Part shown: positions 51,446 to 64,000 of the stretch, piece by piece
Numbering within the stretch: the first letter of the stretch is position 1
Layout: each line of letters starts with the position of its first letter
NCBI RefSeq assembly: GCF_018350175.1
Contig: NC_058368.1
Coordinates: forward strand, 147,438,001 to 147,502,000
Length of the DNA stretch: 64,000 nucleotides
Reading direction: 5' to 3'
From: Felis catus
Taxonomy: Eukaryota
Translations under genes and position numbers: made by a program
Notes under the pieces: model-generated
Databases searched by the model: none
What the model was told of the DNA's origin: nothing
Seen by the model: only the letters and a program-made list of their open reading frames with translations

Positions 51446-51658
51446 TTTTTTTTAATGTTTACTTATTTTTAAGAGTGAGAGAGACAGAGCATGAGTGGGG
51501 GAGGCACAGAGAGAGAGAGGGAAATACAAGATCCGAAGTAGTCTCCAGGCTCTGAGCTGTCGGCACAGAGCCCCACACAGGGCTTGAACCCATGAACCGC
51601 AAGATCATGACCTGAGCCGAAGTTGGACACTCAACCGACTGAGCCGCCCAGGCACCCC
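51446..51658 (-). mobile_element. CAN-SINE inserted in an old L1
   Basis: Ends in gagccgcccaggcacccc; aatttcaca/aattcaca flanks. Confidence 0.93.
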
Positions 51659-51884
51659 AAATTCACACTTATTTCTAATTTGCTTTGAAAACAATATAAT
51701 CATGAATGGTTGTAGATTTTTTTTCAAGTGTTTTATGTGTTATTGAGTTGAACATATTATTTTCTCTTTTATGTTATTAATATGATATTGTGAATTACAA
51801 TTCATTTTCATACTGTTTAATTTTTAATTTTAAATTGATTTCAGTTATTTAAGCTGAAATAAATTGATCCTCTCTATATTATCC

Positions 51885-52118
51885 TTTTATTTTTATTTAA
51901 AAAAATTTTTAATGTTTATCTATTTTTGAGAGAGAGAGAGAGAGGCAGAGAGTGAGGTGGTGAGGGACAGAAAGAAGAGGGAGACACAGAATCCAAAGCA
52001 GGCTCTAGGCTCTGAGCTGTCAGCAGAGAGCCTGACAGGGATCTTGAACCCACGAACCATGAGATCATGACCTGAGCCAAAGTTGGGATGCCTAACCAAC
52101 TGAGCCACCCAGGTGCCC
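51885..52118 (-). mobile_element. CAN-SINE
   Basis: TSD tatattatcctttt. Confidence 0.93.
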
Positions 52119-54220
52119 TTTATATTATCCTTTTAAAAATACATCCCTGGATTTATATTAGAGTTTCCACAAAAACAGAAAATATCTCTATATCTATAGG
52201 GATAAAAGAGAGGGAAGGAGATGGAGGGAGAGAGGGAGAGAAGAGAGAGAGAGCACTGCAACTACTGATTATTCATATTTGGCAATTGTTTTCCTTAAAA
52301 ATCAACTTGCCTATGACATTTCCCATAAATCTCATAAAGGTTACTTATAAAGTTTCCCAAACTTCAGTGTCTGAATTCAGTGATACTCTTCTACTCTTAG
52401 CGCCAAGGAAAGTAGTTTACAAACACAAAATTCCACAGTGCTTTGCAAAATCTTTTTATCCTTTACTATCACGACATCTCTATAGTTGACTATGGTGACC
52501 AGATATATGGACACTGTTAACAAGACTATTCACATTTCCACATGCCTTCTAATCTTGGTACTCTTTGTAGGAACAGTAGCATTCTATAGCAATCATAGAA
52601 CATGTGTTGCTCTGTCCTGATATTCCGAGCAGGCCCCACATTGCTTAATGAAACCATCTAACTACTTCCCAAGGTAACCCTCCTTTTCATTCAGACAGAT
52701 ATTCTCTATATCTCTATTTCTTATTATCTTTATTGTATTCCCAAACATTATTCCAGCCTACTATTTATTGAAACAAAACAAAAACCTACTTCTTATCCTC
52801 TAAGCAATTGATCGCTTTTTCTTTAAAATCTTGCACAAAATTCACTCTGCAAGTTACTCAATTTTTCTCTGGCTCATAACTGAAGAAAAAAAGGTATTCT
52901 TATTGTATCACATTTTTGATAGCAATAATAAAAATTTCATATAGAAGTTATAGGCTGAAGTTTAAATTATTATAAATGGAAACATTGATTAATCCAAGCC
53001 CATTTCATACTGAATCTGCACAATTCAGTTCACTTAAAATATATATACCGATAACAACTATACCTTAAGCACTTGAGAGAATAAAATATTAATAATACAT
53101 GGTCACAGCACAAGCTTGTTATGTACATAATGATACAGGTATAAATAATTTATATAAGAACATACTAACAATTATAAACTATTAGAAGCATAAAGAGTTG
53201 TAATGAAATCAGAACAAGAATAATAGTCCTGATAATTTTGGTAGCCAAAATTTTTGCATCAGTTATGCGGAACTGCTGCTAAAATTGTCAGCCAATCTAT
53301 ATTAGCCAAATGGATGACCTCAATCATTATTTTTTTTTCTTTTTGGCTTTCTTGTGAGGACTGTACAGTCATAATCCTTTTTTCAGCTTTCAGGAGGAAA
53401 TTAACACATCCATTAAATTTTTAATCCATGAGCTTGTTTTCCCAATTTCTAAAAATATCAGACATTCAGTCCATGATTTTATAGAAATCAGAAATAATTT
53501 TTGAGCAGCTGCATTTTTCCCCTGCATCTTTCAAATTTGTTTTAGGTACTTTAAAATTAACAGATGCTTTTATTTCTCAGGATCTCAGTGATAAAAAGGA
53601 GAATAAATAGAAGTTTTGTAGTAGCCACTTCTCTTGACTGTACCTATTATAAGAACATATACAATATATAAAGAGAACTACTTAAAGCCATCTTGATTTC
53701 AGAATTGTTTATATTATTTGTATTGACTTCTTAGTTTTAAGAGGATGAATACAATCTTATTTCCACAGAAAATCAAACACTGTCAGAAAAGACGGGATTG
53801 CAGTTGATTCTATCCTTTTGATGTGGGGGGGGGGAACCCAGATGAATCAACATAGGCAAGAGAGGACTGACAGCAAAATAATAATCTACCATGTGCCAGG
53901 CATTATCGTAGACATGTGTTTCATTTCATTTACACTGTGATCCTTTCAAACATGTATTACAGTGCCTAATTTTAACTTACAACTCCCAATCGAACACAAA
54001 AGACATCTTTCTATGCACATGAGAACCTGATACAGTTTTATTGTCAGACTTTGGGAGCTTTAATTGTCTTTCATTGCAAAGGTCTTCATCTTCCAAGTTT
54101 TTGAAGATGGATTGTTCTTATATTCTTTCTTACGAGTTCCAGCCCTTGTAGATGACTGAAATTTAGACCGAATACTTTTCCTATTGCCCTAATAGTTGCC
54201 TTCAGTCTGCACCATGTTGT

Positions 54221-54499
54221 AATATCAGTGTCAACACTGATGCCAATATTGACACCAACAGAGGTATACACACCCAAGAGCAAAAGTGGCACCAATGCTG
54301 ATGTCAGTACTAATACATCAATAACAGCACCAATATCAACATCAGCACCAATGCTGACATCATAATAGTAACATCAACACCAGCACCATTGCTGACACCA
54401 ATATTAATACAACACCAACACCATTATGATCACTAATACCACTCTAACCATGAATAATAATGCCAGCATCAATATCAATACAATTACAATACCGATGCC
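54221..54499. repeat. Degenerate 3/6-bp-period low-complexity repeat (ACCAAY/ATCAAY-like)
   Basis: Recurrent caccaatgctga, caccaatat, catcaac and caacaccaacacc motifs. Confidence 0.8.
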
Positions 54500-54581
54500 T
54501 TTAATTTATTTCATGTCTAGGGCAATACTAGCATTCTACCTGCTAGCATCTGTGTCTTTGTCGTAGGGTTTTTTTCTGTCC

Positions 54582-54785
54582 TTTAAATTTTTTTTAATGT
54601 TTATTTATTTTTGAGAGAGAGAGAGAGAGAGCAAGCAGGGGAGGAGCAGAGAGAGAGAGGGAGACAGAAGACTAGAAGTCGGCTCTGTACTGACAATAGA
54701 GTCCAACGCGCGCTTGATCTCACGAACTGTGGTATCATGACCTAAAGTGAAGTCGGACACTTAACTGAGCCACCAAGGCATCCCC
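54582..54785 (-). mobile_element. CAN-SINE
   Basis: Ends in ctgagccaccaaggcatcccc; GA tract. Confidence 0.9.
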
Positions 54786-57700
54786 TAGTATGGCTCAGAG
54801 AGGCCATGTAACTCACTCATCATCTTAAGGTTAGCAAAGTGGTAGAATCAGAACGAGTTCTAAAGTCTGATTGCAACAAATGTAATATACTGTAGACCTC
54901 TTCATATTAGTTCTGAAATCTTTCAAGAAGAGTGTATTCTCCATCCCTTGCCCCACCTTGCCCCACCTTGCCTCGTGTAGGCTTCTTAAAATTAAACAGA
55001 CATCATTCAGTTTTTGGCTTTCAGAAAGAAAGCCTCCATTCAGCTTTCAGAAAGAAATGAACATATTCATTAAATTTAATTTGAATTTCCCAACCAAATT
55101 GCAGAAATTTCTTCACTGATTGATCTTTCAACAATGTGTGTAATTGCTCATCTAGTCCCTCATTAAGGTTTCAGTGGGCCTCGGTTCTTCAACCACAGTT
55201 GAAGAATTTATTAAAATAGTTTTGAAGAAACACTTTTATATTTAGATTCTTAGCACAGAGACTTAGGTTCACATGTGACTTTTTGCTAATGTGCCAACGC
55301 ATCCAACTATTAGCCTGGGAACCCTATTTTTCATGATCCCCAATAACCATAGTGATGCAAAAGTCACACTGTTTCATTCTAGACAAACTTTTATTTGCAT
55401 TGTTCAGGACAGTCAATGGAGTTGATTTTGCCTCCCAATTCATATCACTAATACCGCCTTCTAAGCTTTTAAGTGTTCCAAATCCCCACTTCGAAAGGAA
55501 TATTCAAGGGCCCTTGTAGCTCCTCATTATTTTTAATAAGTTCTCAGCAGCCAAGAGGCCACATTAATGGTTGAGAGACTCCTTTCCTTCATTTATCTTA
55601 TTAAACTTTTATAATAACAAAGGAGTAAAAACCTAGGGTTTCCAGGTGCACAGAGAAATACACATTGATAAGATCACATCAAGGTGGAAACCTCATGCTT
55701 TGCTTATCTCAAAGCAATCCCAAACAGTCATTTACTCTATGAGAGTCAGCTCCAATCATGGTCTCTGCTTCCTCTGTCCAACTAATTATATTTTCCTGCC
55801 TCTACCTCCAATTGACAATTGAGAGTAGTCCATATTTTCAATTATTTCCTAATTTTTACCATCTAAAATATTCTTTCTAGGCTAGCTCTTTCTGATTGGT
55901 GTCCTATTTTTTTTCTGCTTTTACAATCTAACTCCTTAAAATCATTGTTTATTCTATCTCCACTTTTTAATAACTCTCATTCACTTCACTGCTCAAACTT
56001 CTCAACCAAGATGTGGCTCCACATTTTCCATATCCTACTTTACTCTTTTATTCATTAGTACCTCTCATGTGTAATTTACTAGATAATATACTCATTTTCA
56101 TATTTATTAGTTAACACCTGTCTTTTTCATTAGATGTAAGTTTGAACATAGCCAGGGATATTCTCCACTCACCAAGCCCCCCCCCCCAGATATGAAGGGG
56201 GGCTTCATAATTCCAAGTATGTAGAATAGTGACTGGTAAAAATTAGTACTCAATTAACGTCTTATAGTGAATGAAAGGCCACAGTATCTGACCTGTTTAC
56301 TTCTATTCATGAAAACTTTAAAAATCATAGACTATATGTTACTAATTAATCTTTTTCTTCTCAAATCCTTTTAATATATTCAAGGATGAATAAAATATTA
56401 AATTCTATGTTGCGATTACTTGTAAGTGAAGATGGAAGACTTTCTTTGGTGTGTGATACTTAGTAAACATTTCCCACAGTAGTAGCAACTGTAGTGACAA
56501 GATAAAGACTAAGATTTGATGAATGGATGCCATGGGGGAAAGCATTTCAGCTATGAGAAATAGCTTGAGTAAATGTGGAGAACTGGGAACGAATATGGCA
56601 TTCATGAAGTCATCAGGGAGATAGCAGTCGAGAGCAAATATTACGCAAAGGAGAATTAATGTTAGTTAGTAGCTGGGGAGAGGCAAAGTATGGAGAACAG
56701 TAGGGTCTGACCAAAACCCCTTGATTTTAGAACAAAAAATAAATGAACAAATAAGCTCTCGATCTGGAAAGTGGAATGATAAAATACATGTTTTAGAAAG
56801 ACTGGGCATTAACATCACTTGTAGTCTGTAACTTGAGATGTTCAGGGTACTAATGGAAAGTGCAATTAATAAATAATTTTTAGTAACTACTTCATGCCGA
56901 GCTCTGTCCTGAGTGCTTTAAATTTTTTATTTAACAAAAAGGTAATAATGCAATAGAAATGATTTTTTTTGTGCAAAATACATTAGTCTCCCACTCTTAC
57001 AAGCAAAATTAGGACTCACCTAATAATATACTACATTTAGAGATATGGTCTTTTGATTTCTCAGATATATCTCAATGTTATGTGAAAATGTCCTGACTAT
57101 AATGATAACTATATTCAACTACACCTGTTTTTTCTTTAGGGCAACGATATTACTTGCTAAAGTGTCCTATATTTGAAAGCATTTAATATGTGTTTCTGCA
57201 TAAACTGTTTACTTTACAATATGAATGCATATATTTGTACATGTGCACATCCATATATAAGCATTGTGAAAAAATGTATCTATTTCAGTATATTACATCT
57301 TAAAAGGTGTTGAGAATATAGTTACAAGATTTAGTAAAGATTGGCCAATTTTTTATGTACTAATCTACATATGCATTGTAGTTAATAGATACTTAATTGG
57401 ATTTATTCATATGTTACAATGTTTTCTGTATAAGAATTCAATAATGACCATGATAGAATATTCTATTAACTGATCAGTAAGGTGGCTGACTCTCTTCTTC
57501 CAATCATTTTCTGTGTTCTTTTAAAATATTTGGGAGAACTAATTTACTTAGTCACCTTACTACAACTTTTCTATCTTTATAAGAAATGCAGCAGTGGCCT
57601 TCGTTAGGATTTTTATTCAGGAAATAGGTACATATTTTTATCTATGTCCTCTAAGAAGAGTGCAAGGGATGTGAGTTAGATATAAAGAAAATGTTCTTGA

Positions 57701-59074
57701 CAGTGTGAGCTGTTAAACATTGGACTAAGTTATAACAAGGGAAGGTTAGAAGACTTTACAAATGAGATGAATTATCATCTTAATAACCTAGCATAAAAGC
57801 ACGTAAGAAATGTCATTCAAGATCAGACAAGTGTCTACCCAGCTGCTACCACGAAAATACTTAGAATGTTGTAGCTTCCTTCCCCAATATTAATCTTAAA
57901 AGAATGTAACTCAAGTACTCTTAGTTTCACAACAACACTTAACACAGTATTTGAGCAGTGAATTTACTCCACTTTAAACATATTCATCTCTTCATCGAGG
58001 ACAACTACTTTTAGGATATCAGATAATAATTTTCCTTATTATTTTTTGACTTTTGCCATTCCGGCTTTATGGATGGGTCCACAGTTAATTAACTAACATA
58101 CACATTCATTCATGTGATAGAGATAATTTGAAATATCATTAATTAGAAGAAAATGAGATAGGCAATGTATGAACTCAATATAAATGGCACTTTTTCAATC
58201 TGATCTCAGTGAAAAATTGCATTCAGTCGTGAGAACAGAGACCCACAAACCATTACTGTAACAAGACAGGGAACTCTTTCAAAACAATATACAAAAATAT
58301 ACTGTAACGTGTGGGAATGGAATGGCAGGTCACAGTATCATCAGGACTAAAGATGCTTCCATTCTTCCAATTAGCCTTCAGTAGGATATACTTATTGTTT
58401 CATGGTCATAAGAGGGAAGCTAGAGCTCCACCATTCACATATATGTTCTAGGAAGGAAGAAGGGAAAAATCTAAGAGCAAAATTTACCTGCCAGACAGAC
58501 ATAATCTTCCTTTTAAAGTATCGTTACTTACAGCCTACCCAAGAAATTTGGCCAATACGTAATTACATGGCCAGATGTACCACTGCAAGGTGGCTAGAAA
58601 ATATCATTACTAACTCAGGGATATTTCCTCCACAAATGAATCAGAGTTCTGTTAGTAAGGAAGCAAACAAGAAATGCACATTAGACAAACAATGAAAAGT
58701 CTATGCCACATCTTCTACATATGCACCTTATGTTCATTGTACTAGTCCCATGCTAATTATCTATTTCTATATTTCCTTTTGTTTGCTCTTTGCTGTTTAT
58801 TCCCCCTGACTAAAATGTGCATACCTTGTTCGCTACCAGTTGAAATCTTTACAGGTTCTGACTTTAGATCTTTGTTTCCTCAACTGTTCTTTCTCTACAT
58901 TTTCCATCTGCTTCTATTTATGACCTCTCCTTTGTTCATAAATATGTACTATGCTCTCCTTTCATAAAATAAGAAATCATTTCTTTCCTGATCTTAATTT
59001 GCTTTTCAGCTACATGCATTTTTTAATTGTGTATTTATTAACAATTCTGGTTATTTTCTCTTTGCCTTCCAGAT

Positions 59075-59430
59075 CTAGTCTTCATCCTTCTTTACGAGGA
59101 AGATATTAAATTAATGGTTTTCAAGACTTCAGGTGTCCTTTAGTTGTGGCAAAGAGGAAACTATCGGGGATAAGGGAGAATGAATGTGGAGTATTCATTT
59201 TCCCAATTCTATGCCTTAGAGATAAGTTTTAGGCTTGTGTGTCTTGACTAAAAGTCACTGTTCCTGTCAAGAAAAACCTGGGTTCCTGTAATTAATTATT
59301 TTATCCTAGTTCTTAGGTCTTAGGGGTAGTGACTGCCTAGCTGTAGTTCCCCTAGATCTGCCCCTATCACTGTAATTATTGTATTGCATTATATTATAAA
59401 CTATTTTAAATCCTGATGAAAATTGACTCT
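59075..59430. mobile_element. LTR16-like ERVL LTR remnant
   Basis: gagaatgaatgtggagtattcattttccc; gtcttaggggtagtgactgcc. Confidence 0.4.
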
Positions 59431-60714
59431 ATTTTTTTTTAAATTTTAATTCCAGTATACTTAACATACAGTGTTATATTCGTTTCCTGTTTTGTTACCG
59501 TAAATTTGTTCCTTAACTCTGCTATCTGAATTACCTTCTTTGTTCTCCTTTCAGAGAAGTCATTTATTGCTACTTGACAATGTTAACAGACCTCTGAAGA
59601 TCCATTCCAAATCAAGGACCTTTCCCTCGAAGAAATGGTGCACATTAGGAAAACATCTGAGAGAACAGAGGTGAGTGAAAGCCTTATACTGGAAACAGAT
59701 CAGAAGCATAGGGCACAAAATGAGTAGAAAACTAAGCCTGTTTTATATTTATCAGAGAAAATTAATACCGCATGGTCAAGTGGCTTGAAACAATTTAAAG
59801 CTGTCACACTAATATATTTGAATCACCAAGCATTTTCATATATTCTATGGAAGCATGTTCTTTAAAAATAGCATTTGGTTATACCATAGATTACCTAGAT
59901 GGATCAATGGAGAAATTAGTGACTTTTAAAATATGTATCATTAGGTATTATGAACTATGAAGTAAGATTTACTCTAGAGCCCTGAAAAACATGGAAAATT
60001 GCAGCTAAATTAAATATGGAAAACAATAAAGTTGTAGTTAAATTACATACAGCACCAGTAAAATATAAAATAGTTAAATATTTTATATAACACTACCTAA
60101 ATGAGTTTCATTGGTTTTATTTCTATTGCACTTTTTAATTCTATTGAACTTCCTTCTTTAAATAACATAGCACATATGATTACCCAAAAAAATGCAAACA
60201 TCAATTCATGATTAATCTTATGACATATTATTTGAAAATATTTGATATTATGACTAAATTAAAGATATTGTTCTTAAAGATTAAAGATGATATTTAGCAA
60301 CGTTATTCTATGGGTCTAACTGGGTTTTTGGAATAACAGTAAGAATGATATAAAACTAAATTCAAATTTTTAGCTAAATCTGTTTTTATTGTGTACATAC
60401 AGAGATGTTGGTAGGAGGAATGACTAATTACATTAAAAAATTCTCTTGATATAATATTACCAAGGTAGTAGTTTCAGACTAATTCAAAACAGTTTGCCTT
60501 TAACTATCTCTCCTTTGAGAACCACAAGAGAAATGCACATGAGAAACGCAGGGAACAAGACCTGAAAAGATCACACTGAATGTTAATCATAATTACCCTT
60601 GGGTGGTAGGATTTCTGATGCTTTTTCTGTTTTTGTGTTTGCTCATTTGTGTTTCTAATTTTTATCTATGATAAATATATGTTCCTTATAAAATTAAAAA
60701 AAGAAATTATCCAA

Positions 60715-60917
60715 GGGGCACCTGGGTGGCTCAGTAGGTTAAGTGTCTGACTCTTGATTTTGGCTCAGGTCATGACCTCACAGTCATGGGATCCAGCCCT
60801 GCGTTGGGCTCTGCACTGATAATGCAGAACCTGCTTGAGATTCTATCTGTCTCTCTGCCCCTCTCCTGCTCATGCTCCCACTCTCTCTCAAAATAAATAA
60901 ACTTAAAAAAAAATAAA
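60715..60917 (+). mobile_element. CAN-SINE
   Basis: ggggcacctgggtggctcag head. Confidence 0.92.
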
Positions 60918-60944
60918 TCACCCATAACCTAAAAATGCTAATGA

Positions 60945-61205
60945 GAGGTGTCTGGGTGGTTCAGTTGGGTAAGCATCAAGCTCTTGATTTCAGCTTAGGT
61001 CCTGATCTCATGGTTGGTGGGATTGAGCCCTGCATCGGCTCTGCACTGACATCAGAGCCTGCTTGGGATTCTCTCTCTCTGTCCTTCCTCTGCTTGCATG
61101 CATGCTCTCTTTCTCTCAAAAAAACCCAAAACAAACAAACAAAAAACAAAACAAAAAAAAAAACACAGAAAAAAACTTAAAAAAAAAACAAAAAAATAAA
61201 AAATG
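60945..61205 (+). mobile_element. CAN-SINE with long A/C tail
   Basis: ggtgtctgggtggttcag head; aaaaatgctaat/aaaaatgttaat flanks. Confidence 0.9.
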
Positions 61206-61775
61206 TTAATTTTGAGAATATCTCATCATAACAAGCTGTCTCTTCCTATTAAAATCAACATCTCAGTTTCACTGATTTTAGAATATATCTGAACTTAACT
61301 TGATTCATTTCAGAACACACTGTTAAGTATCTATTATGTGCCCTGTGTTCCCTGCTAAGCCCTGAACAAGAATGAAGAGATGTAGTCTCTATCTTGAAGG
61401 CAGCCACAAAGATATTATAAATTATACTACAAAGTCAAAGGGGTATGAAGTCTACTCTAGGATTATACCAATTAAAGGACAGAAGAGGCTATTATTACTT
61501 TCTACTTTTTGGGGAATAAAGGATTTTTACAAGATAGCTATTTTGTTCAGAATCATAAATGATGAGCAAAATCTTAGCATATAGAAGGCTAGAACAATAT
61601 AGAAAAAATGTGAGGATTTTTAACTTTGAGAAAGGAATACTAAGGTGATGTTTCAGTGTCCTTCAATTATAAAAATTACTATTATGTGGAAGAGGATATA
61701 GTTGCATTCTGTGTTGCCTTAGCCAGCAAGACTAGGGCATATCTTTGTTTTAATCATCCGCTGTTGGGTGATATG

Positions 61776-61785
61776 CTATATATAA

Positions 61786-61816
<31 letters not shown>

Positions 61817-61996
61817 TACACACATATACATATATACGTGATATATATGTAATCTGCTTTTACATATATACGAATGCACACATATATCCTACATATATAC
61901 CCATACATCTTACATATATATCCATCTATCTTACATATATATACATGTATGTATATATATGCACATATATGTATATATATCTTACATATATACATA
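61776..61996. repeat. (CA)n plus degenerate TA/CA-rich tract with ~20-bp sub-periodicity
   Basis: tcttacatatata recurs several times. Confidence 0.9.
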
Positions 61997-63366
61997 ATGT
62001 TTATTGAGAGTTTATCTTTGCTCTTAGTTTCACATGCAGGGTAACATCATGTCAACTATTTGTAACATTATGGACTGTAAATGGATGAGGAGGAAGTTTT
62101 TATTGGGTAAAATCTACTCAACAATTTATGTCAAATGTAAAGACAGTCTAGTAGATTGTTCTTTTTCTATTTTCATCAATGAACTTAATAGAGAATGAAA
62201 TCAGAGTCAGAAACTGTCAAGTACAGAGATGAGAAAGTTTACTACAGGGAGAAATCAACTACAAAAGTTTAGTCTTGTGTTATGATGTGCACAAGCAGAT
62301 AAGAGTTTAAAGACTATAAAATATCTTTAAGGCCCGAGTTATAGACCCAAACTTGAATTCAAGAATCTGGATAATTTTTGTGATTTGTGAACTCCCATTT
62401 GTGCTTCTTAAACCTGGGGGAAAAAAAGTCTACATAGAAGTAAGAAGAAATCACAAAAAGGAAGCTGACCCCTTAGTAACAAAGTGCTTGCTTTAAATGG
62501 AACTTAGTATGCTTTTATGTTTGTCTACTGCCACAAAGTTTCCTGTCTATAGTGTAGAAATATAAATGAAATAATGTAGCTCTTGGAGAAGGGAGTGCTT
62601 CCTTCAACGTCAATTACAAAAATTCAACATAGTCACTGAGTTTGAATATGTTGGAATTCTAGTAAGATGCAGTGTTTTGATTATTTTTTGATTAATTGAA
62701 ATTCATCTTCTATGTTTTTGGAAAACTTTTACACCATGATTAAAAACTACCCCAGTTCGATGGACAAAGCATAATTACATTTGGTGTTAGTGGATGTTAT
62801 AAGAATAACTATGATTAATTATCCTGAATATTCAAACATGTTTATATTCCATAAATGTTGGCAAAGAACTACCATATGTTGGCACTGTTCCAGGTATTAA
62901 AAAGATCAAACAAAAAATAAAATAGTAGATATTGAAGAACAGTACCAGTTGTTGAGGACATCAGAGATTACAATGAATTCATTCAACAATTATTTATGTA
63001 CTGCTATAGGCTCATCATTGTTCTGGGTGCTGAGCATACAGTAAGAAAGAGCATGAACAAGAGAAACCGACAAACAACTGCCTTCATTAAACTTATTGCT
63101 AAGGTAATAATCAGAGGGCACTGCATGTAAAGAAGTTAATTTGGTGGAAAGAGGATATAAATGGTCTTTGCTAACCACTTCTATTTTCTCAGTGTAATAG
63201 GAATGAAGATGATCAGTTGAGAGTATGAAAGAAGACTATTGATAGTTTGAGGACAGAAAGGAAGGTGTGAAGTATTCGTTTAGGAAAGGAAAACAGGATT
63301 TACTGGAAGCACTAAAGACCTGTAAGAAGTTTGTGACCAGAAACTGACTTTGAGCATGGCTTGCAT

Positions 63367-63594
63367 GTTTTTGTTTTTCAATTTTTTAAATGTTTATTTA
63401 TTTCTGAGAAACAGAGAGAGAGACAAAGAGAGAGAAGAGAAGGGGCAGAGAAAAAGTGAGACACAGAATTTGAAGCAGGCTCCAGGCTCTGAGCTGTCAG
63501 CACAGAGCCTGATGTGGGGCTTGAACTCATGAAACATGAGATCATGACCTGAGCCAAGGTTGGACACCTAACCATCTGAGCCACCCAGGCACCT
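63367..63594 (-). mobile_element. CAN-SINE
   Basis: TSD-like gcttgcatgt on both sides. Confidence 0.93.
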
Positions 63595-64000
63595 CATGCT
63601 TGCATGTATTTTTCCAAATAGATGTAGAATGCCAAGTTAGATTAAACCAGAATTGAAACTTTCCTCAGCAAATATAAGGCACAGGAGTAATAATAATGAT
63701 TGGTGTGGAATCTGAGTCAGAAAAGGAAAAGGCTGAGGAAAATGTAGAATTAAGAAGAGTGAAAAAATGGCAGAATCAATGAATTCCAGGTTTCATAAAG
63801 AGTGAGCTACAACCAAAAGGTTGTAAATGGAGGGTTGGATGCTTAAAATTGAGAGTACAGAGGGGGTACAATTATTAGTAAAAAGTTCTAGAGCCTGATC
63901 ATAAGAATGAGTTGAATGAAGAAAAGAGAAGAACAAGACATTGGAAATGAGGAAGTCCAAGCAACCAAAACCAGGATTTTGCAAATATCAGATACAGAAG

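Larger units (their letters stand above)
49920..51880 (-). mobile_element. Ancient L1M 3' region interrupted by a SINE
   Basis: tatacatgtagaaaagtgcacagaacat; atggatgaacattggttatttccagttttg. Confidence 0.7.

Noticed and set aside
54946..54972. 10-bp tandem ccttgcccca x2.7 and similar micro-duplications (~111-137, ~485-535, ~44580-44640)
   Set aside because: Ordinary slippage products.

Overview
This is AT-rich mammalian genomic DNA from a carnivore, most likely a felid, judged from about 24 cat-type CAN-SINEs. The only supportable protein-coding feature is the first coding exon of EDIL3 (Del-1) on the minus strand (15477-15543/15546). It encodes the signal peptide (M)[23 protein letters not shown] and ends at an AAG|GTGAGG donor inside a two-part CpG island. 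Positions 1-15476 are intron 1 (exon 2 was not seen), and ~16.2-64 kb is gene-free upstream DNA made of SINE, L1, L2, MIR, LTR and DNA-transposon remnants and microsatellites. I found no evidence of a new multi-gene system, CRISPR array, rRNA or true tRNA gene. The best leads are all hypotheses: (1) an in-frame alternative donor that would add a 74-aa Arg-rich, RGD-containing segment after the signal peptide; (2) an (AAAAT)n array of poly(A) hexamers just beyond the intron read-through ORF; (3) two transcription-factor motif clusters (C/EBP, E-box, HRE, NF-kB in intron 1; triple AP-1/ARE upstream); (4) a strong orphan plus-strand exon at 59555-59670; (5) a templated-insertion scar and a rearranged L1. 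Repeat-family names come from my memory of consensus sequences and their boundaries are approximate.
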